From assembly GCA_044229075.1 (NCBI GenBank), contig JBGATS010000003.1, forward strand, positions 12,372 through 76,371: DNA of 64,000 nucleotides. The letters are read 5' to 3'. The stretch comes from Minisyncoccia bacterium. GTDB lineage: Bacteria; Patescibacteriota; Minisyncoccia; Phycocordibacterales; UBA1006. Of the stretch, positions 57,003 to 64,000 are shown piece after piece (the stretch's first letter is position 1; each line of letters begins with the position of its first letter). The notes below the pieces were generated by a model. It did not search any database and was not told the origin of the DNA. It was given only the letters and a program-made list of their open reading frames with translations. Made by a program: the position numbers and the translations under genes.

Positions 57003-58247
57003 TTAAATAGGGAGATTCGCTGGCGGTTCTGCTTTTTGTGCAGCAACACGTTCGAATGATCCTGTGGTAGCAACACGTCCAGGAAAATGGAAAATAGTTG
57101 CGAGTTCTTCTGCATTCAAGGTGAATATTTTTTTCTTGGTGAGTAATCCTTCATAGAAAAACGCACGATTGATGTATAGCTTGAAGAGTTTTTTCAAGTT
57201 ATCGTTTTTTCTCATATCATCCCAATCTTGCCATGGATATTTATACCCGGCACCATCAGATTTGAATGCGTTAAGGTATGGAGAACTGAATTGTTTGATA
57301 GCAGTTTTCAATGGACCCATACGTTTTCCATCGTTTTCTTTTTTTGCAAGGTAAATGGCGCGCATACCAACATCAAATCCAGTTTTCTGAATACTGCGTT
57401 CAACTGCATCAACCAGATTCTGATTTGCAGGAGAAAGGTTTTTATACCCACCCACCTTTTTTGCTTTTTCTCCTTCACCGATCACTGTATTACTATGTTC
57501 CTCAATAAGGTTATCAACAAACTCACGACCCTGTTTTACCCATTCCAGGTCTTCACCTTTTTTGTTTTTATATCGTTTTGTTGCCTGTCGAACGACAATC
57601 TGAATCCAGACTTGCTCTGTTTTTTTCAACGCTCCCATCACCTCGATGAGTGGTGTGATTGGATCTATTTTTTGTTCTTCTTCGAGGGAAAGTGATTTAT
57701 TATCAAGTCCATAATCAACATATGTCTTGATCGGGATTGGATCTTCTTTGGACAGATAAAATTCTGCCGCGTCAATCACCCATCCGTTTCCTGGTTTCCA
57801 TTCGGGAACATATCGCGTGTAATCATCTACCACAGAAATTTCTGCTCCGGGATATTGTGAATAGATGAGCGATTCGAATGTTGCGCGATTTTTCTTTTGT
57901 GTTCTGATAAAGAAATACACATTACCCTCGATCGATACCAATTCGAGCGAAGAAAACGCCGCCACAAATTCACCCTTCCACCACTTTTTATACCAATCAT
58001 CCTCTGGGGTTCCCTGTTCCAATCCAGAAAAAATAATTTCCATCGCCTGGGGAGTTTTATGCACATCCTTGGGAACTTTAATTTCGAGCATAATCCAATC
58101 CATTTTCAAGAGTGCCTCCTTTTCCATCATTTCCAGCCATATCTTTTTCCCCACAATAAAACATACTACGGGAATCCACAGTACGGCAGTCTTGAGCGCA
58201 AGTGGAATCACTGCCTCGGTAATGATGTATAACAGAAAATCGATCAT
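57003..58247 (-). CDS. hypothetical protein with N-terminal TM helices (414 aa)
   Basis: LLYIITEAVIPLALKTAVLWIPVVCFIVG TM region. Conserved-looking C-terminus ...FTLNAEELATIFHFPG. No family recognised. Confidence 0.4.
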   Translation of the reverse strand: MIDFLLYIITEAVIPLALKTAVLWIPVVCFIVGKKIWLEMMEKEALLKMDWIMLEIKVPKDVHKTPQAMEIIFSGLEQGTPEDDWYKKWWKGEFVAAFSSLELVSIEGNVYFFIRTQKKNRATFESLIYSQYPGAEISVVDDYTRYVPEWKPGNGWVIDAAEFYLSKEDPIPIKTYVDYGLDNKSLSLEEEQKIDPITPLIEVMGALKKTEQVWIQIVVRQATKRYKNKKGEDLEWVKQGREFVDNLIEEHSNTVIGEGEKAKKVGGYKNLSPANQNLVDAVERSIQKTGFDVGMRAIYLAKKENDGKRMGPLKTAIKQFSSPYLNAFKSDGAGYKYPWQDWDDMRKNDNLKKLFKLYINRAFFYEGLLTKKKIFTLNAEELATIFHFPGRVATTGSFERVAAQKAEPPANLPI

Positions 58248-58279
58248 ACTGATAAATAGTATATCATAATTACTAAAAA

Positions 58280-58308
58280 CAAAAAACCACCTGTTGGGGT
58301 GATTTTTT
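58280..58308. terminator. rho-independent terminator (same CCACC..GGGGTG hairpin family as 25391-25423 and 62164-62192)
   Basis: aaaaaaccacc-tgtt-ggggtgatttttt. Confidence 0.5.
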
Positions 58309-58338
58309 GAAATATAAAAATTGAAGAATTTTGTTTAT

Positions 58339-59379
58339 TTACGCAACAATGTAAAGTCCTTCTTTATTTTTCTTGAAATATTTTGGATTTTGGAGATTAA
58401 CGAGGATGGTATTTTTCTTGAGATAGCGTTCTTTCATTACTTTTTCTACAATGTCCTCCTTACTCATGGGACCTTCGGCTTTTAGGATGTCTGCAATCAC
58501 TTCGCGGACAACACCAGTTTTATACCCCCATTCTCTTAATGCATATACACCTCGTCCTACCAATACGAATCGATCATCCTTGATCAATTCATTGTGCGTA
58601 GTTGCAACATGAACATTTTTACCAAATGTTTTGTTGATAGCAGCGGCAACTTCTCGGAAATGCATTGGTGAGCCATGTCGACGCATCACCAAGTATGAAT
58701 AATCTTTCACCCCACGGGTTTTAATATTTGGAGAACTTGCTCGCCCCCACTCACCTAATTTATTAGATGAAAGTGATTTTGATAACGATAACCATCGGTC
58801 TACCATAGCTGCATCAACAGTATGTGTTGTAATTTCACAAACACCATCATGACACATGATACGATCTACGATTTCATTTTTAGAGATGAGATCCCCTTCT
58901 GATAATCCTGCATGGATGTCAGCAAGAGCCTTGTGAACACGATCAGCAACATGTTGATCGACAACCCAACGTTTTTTGAAAGAATGATCTTCCTTTTCAC
59001 CAAGAAAGTCATCTCCGAGAGTGAGGTACAGGCCTACGTGATTCTGGGTAACTTTATCATGAGAAATCATTGGCATGAGGTCATCTTCTGCAATAACACC
59101 TCCCAGGTCATGGATGATTTTTTTGAGTTCAGTAAAAATTTCTTCTGCCTCATAAAAACTGTCTGATTTTTTAATTGCATTGAGTGCAAAATTCTCGATC
59201 TGACGAACTCGTTCACGGGTGATGCCATATTTTTGCCCAATCGCCTCGAGAGTCATTTGTTCTCCCGTATCACCTAGTCCAAAACGGTTAATAACCACCT
59301 GTTGTGCACGATCCTGGAGGTGCTTCAAGAGTTTTTTTGTTGTTTGTTTTGGTTTAAAATTTACAGATACTTTTCCCAT
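58339..59379 (-). CDS. DNA-binding protein with N-terminal sigma-70 region-4-like HTH and C-terminal HARE-HTH-like winged helix
   Basis: LGDTGEQMTLEAIGQKYGITRERVRQIENFALNAIKK (sigma70 r4 pattern). C-terminus RRHGSPMHFREVAAAINKTF...DDRFVLVGRGVYALREWGY (HARE-HTH pattern as in the RNAP delta N-terminal domain). Confidence 0.5.
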   Translation of the reverse strand: MGKVSVNFKPKQTTKKLLKHLQDRAQQVVINRFGLGDTGEQMTLEAIGQKYGITRERVRQIENFALNAIKKSDSFYEAEEIFTELKKIIHDLGGVIAEDDLMPMISHDKVTQNHVGLYLTLGDDFLGEKEDHSFKKRWVVDQHVADRVHKALADIHAGLSEGDLISKNEIVDRIMCHDGVCEITTHTVDAAMVDRWLSLSKSLSSNKLGEWGRASSPNIKTRGVKDYSYLVMRRHGSPMHFREVAAAINKTFGKNVHVATTHNELIKDDRFVLVGRGVYALREWGYKTGVVREVIADILKAEGPMSKEDIVEKVMKERYLKKNTILVNLQNPKYFKKNKEGLYIVA

Positions 59380-59596
59380 AGTTTTATTATAAGTAAAAAA
59401 TTAATAAACGGATAAAGAGTACAATAAAACAGAAAGGGGCTCTCAAGACAATGATGCGTATTCCTTTTGTTATGTATTCATAGTATCACAAGGCAAAATA
59501 AAAGTCAAATAGTTACCTGTTTTTATTTATCAACGTCTTTTGCTTTTTGTAAAGGACATAGTGATTAATATAATGTCCTTTACCAAGAATAAAAAA

Positions 59597-59624
59597 CCCC
59601 GATGCAGAGCATTGAGGTATTGGG
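59597..59624 (+). other. recurrent intergenic hairpin motif, copy 3 (CCGATGC-AGAGCATTGAG-GTATTGG)
   Basis: A 7-bp stem including two G-U wobble pairs around the same AGAGCAYYGAR loop. Lies in the leader upstream of the sigma-r4/HARE-HTH gene. Confidence 0.4.
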
Positions 59625-59645
59625 AATTAAGTCTCAATTATTTGT

Positions 59646-61538
59646 TCATCTCACTACTCTCCCATCACTTCCAATCTTTGATGTATCGTTCGGAATTCTG
59701 GTGGTCATGAATCGTTTTTCTCCGGCGATTTCTGTCTTGGTAACCGTATCAAATCCAGAAAACGTAATGTTACTCGTCAGGTTTGGTACGGTACCAATTT
59801 GTGATTTTGATGGAGTAATTCCCACCGTGAACGCAACCGTTTTTGCATCAGCCAGGGCAGGTACATCGCCTGCTTTCCAGGTTACCTGGCGGGTAACCGT
59901 GTTATAGGTCAGTGACGGTTTCAGGTCTGCAGGTGCGACAATTCCTTTCCAGACAATTCCTGTCGGTAGTGTCGCAGAAACAATCGCGTTACTAACTGGG
60001 TTCGGCTGATTCGATAATTGCCAGACAATAGTATAGGTGGTTTCCTTTCCAGATTCTATAGGAATCGGCCCGGTATTTTTCAATAATCCAGAATGGTAAA
60101 GTGTCTTTGGGATGAGGTCAAAATTCGTCCCGATGGCAATTTTCCCAGTTGTTGCATTAACTAATTCACGAGGTTCACCACCTGATAACACTCCTGATAC
60201 GCTGACCGCAACGTCTACTGTGGCACTGGCTTGTAATCCTTTTTTTGGATCAATACCAACAGTGAGTAATCCTTTTTCACCCGGATCAAGTGTTTTCAAT
60301 TCTTCAAGTTCGTTCCCTGTCCAGGTCACCGTATTATCCGCGGAATTAAAATATCCTAACGAAGCAGATACTGTATCTGGATCATACGCATCACCTGATA
60401 ACGCAAGCTTGATCTGTGCATTGGTAATTGGTGTATCGGTAGTATTTTCATATTCAATCTGAATATCACTGGAACGATTTTGTGCAATTGCAATACCGTC
60501 TGTATATGGTTTCCCATTAATGCCCAGTCTGGTGGTGAGAAACGGTTGACTGGTGGTAATTGCATGTGCAGTACTGGTGTATACCGTCGTAATCAATCGG
60601 TCGTTTCCAGGATCTTTTGATCCAGCAACTGCGGTAATCGTTTGCCCCGAGTTGAGCAATGTTGCACACTGCATGGTGAGTTGCACAACCACAGGATTTC
60701 CTGGTAGGAGGTTTCCTATATACCAATAATTTGAATCAGTTGTTGGTGTTGGATCTGATCGTACCAATCGACAATCGTCCGGGTAACTAACTGACAATAA
60801 TGTATCTTGTACTGACTGAGTACTGTTTCCCGTTAATGTTATAATCACGGGAAACTCTTGCCCCGAGACAACAGTTTCATCTGCACGAATAGTGAGTGTT
60901 GCTGTACCAGATCGCAGTGTTAATCGAGTTTCCCCTGTGTTTTCAAAAATTGCCTGCGCATCCCCCAATCGATATTCCACCTGCGCAGAGAATAATTTCT
61001 CGACACCCTGTTCACCGAACACTTGCACCCGGATCGTTTCGGTAAACAATTCACCGGGACCCAGCGAGCCTATCTGTTTCACAATTTCTTTCTTTGCGCC
61101 AGGATCTTTTGCAGTCCCCAGTGGGTAGGTGATGACTAATTTTGCCAGTTCCATAGGAACGGTATTTCTGTTGGTAACCGTAACGTTTACCGATACTTCT
61201 TCACCACTATCCGCAAACGGGCTGGTACTGACTGCAACATCAACCAGGTCTCCTGTCAGTCTGGCTTTCCCAGTATACAATGAATACCCAAAGACCCCTG
61301 CAGCGATAACAAGAAAAACACAGGATGCAATGAACATTCTCTTGAACCAAGATTTTTGTCGGGCACGACGTAGTGCCAATTGCGTATCTCTATCTTGATC
61401 GGGTTCTGGCATTTCCCAGTGGTCAGGGATCGGGGGTACCTTCTCTCTATGGAGAATTCCTCGATGATCATCAGTAACCACGTTCCCTGTCGCCAGATCC
61501 GTATCTAATTTTTTCAAAAAGCTTTCATCGGAATTCAT
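59646..61538 (-). CDS. membrane-anchored secreted beta-rich protein (about 630 aa), hypothetical
   Basis: TM MFIASCVFLVIAAGVFGYSLY followed by repeated beta-sandwich-like segments. Start set at MNSDES (cat at 61536-61538) to avoid overlap with the lipoprotein gene. Confidence 0.45.
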   Translation of the reverse strand: MNSDESFLKKLDTDLATGNVVTDDHRGILHREKVPPIPDHWEMPEPDQDRDTQLALRRARQKSWFKRMFIASCVFLVIAAGVFGYSLYTGKARLTGDLVDVAVSTSPFADSGEEVSVNVTVTNRNTVPMELAKLVITYPLGTAKDPGAKKEIVKQIGSLGPGELFTETIRVQVFGEQGVEKLFSAQVEYRLGDAQAIFENTGETRLTLRSGTATLTIRADETVVSGQEFPVIITLTGNSTQSVQDTLLSVSYPDDCRLVRSDPTPTTDSNYWYIGNLLPGNPVVVQLTMQCATLLNSGQTITAVAGSKDPGNDRLITTVYTSTAHAITTSQPFLTTRLGINGKPYTDGIAIAQNRSSDIQIEYENTTDTPITNAQIKLALSGDAYDPDTVSASLGYFNSADNTVTWTGNELEELKTLDPGEKGLLTVGIDPKKGLQASATVDVAVSVSGVLSGGEPRELVNATTGKIAIGTNFDLIPKTLYHSGLLKNTGPIPIESGKETTYTIVWQLSNQPNPVSNAIVSATLPTGIVWKGIVAPADLKPSLTYNTVTRQVTWKAGDVPALADAKTVAFTVGITPSKSQIGTVPNLTSNITFSGFDTVTKTEIAGEKRFMTTRIPNDTSKIGSDGRVVR

Positions 61539-61632
61539 ATCATTGATTATAGCATAAACATGTGGGAAATAAAAAATCCGATATCTTGCTATATAAATTT
61601 GCAAAATATCGGATATAAGAGTAAAAGAAAAA

Positions 61633-62103
61633 TTATGGGTGCCAAACATATTCTGATTTGAATTCTTCAGAGAATTTATATATTCTTGGAAAATTATTTT
61701 CAGAATATGAAATTTCTTTTAAAATAAACCCTGAATTATATTCATTGTAAACTGTTTCGATAGCTTCAATATAGATCTTTTCTGTTTCATTTTTCTTTAA
61801 GAAAATTTCACCATCAATCTTATTAAGATTAGAATTACCAATCCAAATTGAATTGAAACTGCAGTTTATCGAATCGATTTTCAAACTTTTAAAATCAACA
61901 ATAATATCTGTACCTATTGCTTTTATTTCAAAAGTCATCGTAGCTTTTGAGATAAGGTTTGGAACTCGATCAAACACTTGTTCAGTATTGATAAGTCTTG
62001 CTTCTAAGACCCCAGTTTCTTTTACAATTGTAATTTCTGATTTTTTACAAGAACTTAATAATACTATTAATCCTAATAATACTAGCGCGATGTTTTTTTT
62101 CAT
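61633..62103 (-). CDS. putative lipoprotein (156 aa)
   Basis: MKKNIALVLLGLIVLLSSC, a lipobox-like LSSC. Very AT-rich. Confidence 0.45.
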   Translation of the reverse strand: MKKNIALVLLGLIVLLSSCKKSEITIVKETGVLEARLINTEQVFDRVPNLISKATMTFEIKAIGTDIIVDFKSLKIDSINCSFNSIWIGNSNLNKIDGEIFLKKNETEKIYIEAIETVYNEYNSGFILKEISYSENNFPRIYKFSEEFKSEYVWHP

Positions 62104-62163
62104 TATTTTTTTATTTTATTAAATATAATATATCATATTTGTATATAAAAGTCAAGTATCCAC

Positions 62164-62192
62164 AAAAAACCACCCTTTTAGGTGATTTTTTA
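62164..62192. terminator. rho-independent terminator immediately downstream of rplB
   Basis: aaaaaaccaccc-tttta-ggtgattttttatt. Confidence 0.5.
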
Positions 62193-63044
62193 TTAACTCG
62201 GATTTCGTTTTGTCTTTCGACGGGTAACAATCGCGTAGTTTGAATATTTCTTTGGAGTACGTGTGCGAACACCGTATGCCTGTTTTCCGTATCGAGTTTT
62301 TGGTCCTCGACGGAGTCCGATTCCCTGTTTTCCTTCTCCACCTCCGTGTGGGTGGTCTACCGGGTTCATAGCAGAACCACGAACGGTAGGTCGAATACCT
62401 TTCCATCGTGATCGTCCTGCTTTCCCCAGATTTACCAGGTGGTAATCAGGGTTAGAAACAGATCCAATCGATGCATGACAGGTAGCTGGTACGGTTCGAA
62501 TTTCTCCAGACGGCATTTTCAATTGGGTTCGCCCATCATTATGTGCGTTCACCTGTGCGAATGACCCAGCTGATCGTACCATTTTTGCACCATTTCCTGG
62601 TTTGATTTCGATGTTATACACAAATGTTCCTACAGGAATATTTACCAATGGTAAACGATTCCCTGGTGACAATGGTGCTTCTGCAGAAACAATCAATGTT
62701 GTTCCAACGGTAACTCCCTGTGGGAGCACCATATAACGTCGTTCACCATCTCGATAACATACCAATCCGATAAATGCGGTTCGGTTTGGATCGTATTCTA
62801 CGGTTTCAACTTTTGCAGGGATATTGATTTTGTTCATTTTGAAATCAATTTCTCGATACAATCGTTTGTGTCCACCACCCTTGTGCGGTGCGGTAATACG
62901 TCCATTATTATTACGTCCTACGTGTCGTTTACGACCAGTAGTGAGTGCTTTGTGCGGTTTTGACGCGGTCAAGACTTCTCGGTAATTGATACCGGTCATA
63001 TTTCGTCGTGACGGCGATGTTGGTTTATAGGTTTTAATAGCCAT
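62193..63044 (-). CDS. rplB: 50S ribosomal protein L2
   Basis: Canonical uL2 motifs: …VRSAGSFAQVNAHNDG…, …GSAMNPVDHPHGGGEGK…. Confidence 0.95.
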   Translation of the reverse strand: MAIKTYKPTSPSRRNMTGINYREVLTASKPHKALTTGRKRHVGRNNNGRITAPHKGGGHKRLYREIDFKMNKINIPAKVETVEYDPNRTAFIGLVCYRDGERRYMVLPQGVTVGTTLIVSAEAPLSPGNRLPLVNIPVGTFVYNIEIKPGNGAKMVRSAGSFAQVNAHNDGRTQLKMPSGEIRTVPATCHASIGSVSNPDYHLVNLGKAGRSRWKGIRPTVRGSAMNPVDHPHGGGEGKQGIGLRRGPKTRYGKQAYGVRTRTPKKYSNYAIVTRRKTKRNPS

Positions 63045-63150
63045 GGTTAGGAATAAAGAACTAAAATAATTATTTCGGTTCTGTAGAGTATCAATAAGGC
63101 TTTCTGATACTCGTTACGAATAAAATTCTTGCCTAAGGAAACATCAAGAT

Positions 63151-63474
63151 TTATGCAATCTCGATTTTTTGTCCTGGTGGGAGGATAACGGTTGCTTTTT
63201 TATACGCTTTGCTGGTTCCTCGTGTTCCTCGGACAAATGTAGCTACTGCTTTGTTCACTGCGGTAGTTACCTTGATCGGTTCAACGTTATAGAGTGTCTT
63301 GATTGCTTTTGCGATCTGGATTTTATTGGCACGCATTGCTACGTTGAAAACGTATGCATTTTTCTCTGCTTGATACGCAGCTTTTTCAGTAATCCGTGGA
63401 CCAATGATGATTCCCTGTAATTCTTTTTCAAGTTTTGTTGCATCAGGGAGCGCAACGAGTGATTTTTTTGCCAT
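63151..63474 (-). CDS. rplW: 50S ribosomal protein L23
   Basis: VFNVAMRANKIQIAKAIKTLYNVEPIKVTT..., uL23. Confidence 0.9.
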   Translation of the reverse strand: MAKKSLVALPDATKLEKELQGIIIGPRITEKAAYQAEKNAYVFNVAMRANKIQIAKAIKTLYNVEPIKVTTAVNKAVATFVRGTRGTSKAYKKATVILPPGQKIEIA

Positions 63475-63478
63475 ACCA

Positions 63479-64000
63479 TTATACAGATTTCTTTACTGCG
63501 CCTCTCTTTGAAAGCCACAATGCCGATGCATCTGTCGGATTACTGATAATCATGTAACGATAATTCATTACGTCGACCGGATTAATGTTTCGTGCCTCTA
63601 TCACGGTTACATGTGAAAGGTTACGGAAACTATTGCGGAGTACGTCTGAAACAACTGGGAGTACTAACAAAATATTATTTCTCTTTTGTGTATTCAATGT
63701 TTCAAATCCTGAAATAGATTCAAGTCCTTTCAAGATTTTTTCTGCGTCTTTTGTTTTTGCAGCAGAAAGATTCAATGATTCAGTAAAGATGATTTTTCCT
63801 TTGCGGAGTTTTTCTGAAAGTGTGGTGAATAATGCTGCTGTTTTTTGTTTCTTGTTAATTTTTACCGAGTAATCTTTTTCATTACGTGGGCCGTGCGCAA
63901 CACCTCCTCCTACCCAGATTGGTGATCGGCGAGAACCATGACGAGCTTGTCCTGTTCCCTTTTGTTGCCAGGGTTTTTTTCCTGTACCAGAAACTTCTCC
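63479..64000 (-). CDS. rplD: 50S ribosomal protein L4 (5-prime end beyond window edge)
   Basis: The minus-strand frame translates without a stop from position 64000: GEVSGTGKKPWQQKGTGQARHGSRRSPIWVGGGVAHGPRNEKDYS... (uL4 signature) ...IIFTESLNLSAAKTKD.... The track ORF starts only at an internal TTG. Confidence 0.85.
   Translation of the reverse strand, partial: GEVSGTGKKPWQQKGTGQARHGSRRSPIWVGGGVAHGPRNEKDYSVKINKKQKTAALFTTLSEKLRKGKIIFTESLNLSAAKTKDAEKILKGLESISGFETLNTQKRNNILLVLPVVSDVLRNSFRNLSHVTVIEARNINPVDVMNYRYMIISNPTDASALWLSKRGAVKKSV

Noticed and set aside
1-64000. CRISPR array or cas genes
   Set aside because: No short direct repeats with regular spacers were seen. The only repeat family is the 109-nt structured element with irregular spacing (0.4 kb and 2.9 kb), and no Cas-like proteins were seen (the Cas4-like nuclease is fused to a UvrD helicase).
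1-64000. Alternative genetic code (UGA as Gly, as in some CPR lineages)
   Set aside because: All conserved genes read as intact full-length ORFs under the standard code, and stops are almost exclusively TAA. No evidence for in-frame TGA read-through.

Overview
This 64-kb window looks like it comes from a low-to-moderate GC, small-genome bacterium. Almost every gene is on the minus strand, stop codons are overwhelmingly TAA, and the standard code reads cleanly. The gene content (short SMC, Cys-less L36, a giant 3054-aa surface protein, peptidoglycan-anchored surface proteins, a dcw cluster) resembles CPR/Patescibacteria-type episymbionts, but that placement is only a guess.

Core genes present:
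- Cell division: mraZ-rsmH-ftsL-ftsI, plus a short SMC.
- Translation and tRNAs: rplU, cysS, and tRNA-Ile, tRNA-Thr, tRNA-Met, tRNA-Asp and an initiator-like tRNA.
- Heat shock: grpE ... dnaK ... dnaJ, interrupted by insertions.
- Ribosomal blocks: rpsI-rplM; rplQ-rpoA-rpsD-rpsK-rpsM-rpmJ-infA; fusA-rpsG-rpsL; rplB-rplW-rplD (rplD runs off the window end).

The most unusual observations:
1. The conserved ribosomal superoperon is broken after rplB. A ~32.6-kb accessory island (29.5-62.2 kb) lies between rplB and the tRNA/rpsL-rpsG-fusA block. It carries a giant 3054-aa tail-fibre-like surface protein with a C-terminal Peptidase_S74 intramolecular chaperone domain, four paralogous secreted proteins sharing a C-terminal peptidoglycan-binding-like domain, an orphan RHS toxin/immunity module, and a UvrD-helicase/Cas4-like nuclease next to a DEDDh exonuclease.
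2. A ~109-nt highly structured palindromic repeat occurs three times in the heat-shock locus. Two copies exactly flank a DUF559 endonuclease-like gene inserted between dnaK and dnaJ. One copy supplies the Shine-Dalgarno sequence of dnaJ, and that sequence is predicted to be base-paired within the element.
3. A G6/C6 homopolymer sits at the frame junction of a surface-protein gene, as either a phase-variation switch or a sequencing error.
4. A short hairpin motif with covariation recurs at least four times in intergenic regions.

No CRISPR array, rRNA, or obvious transposase was seen.
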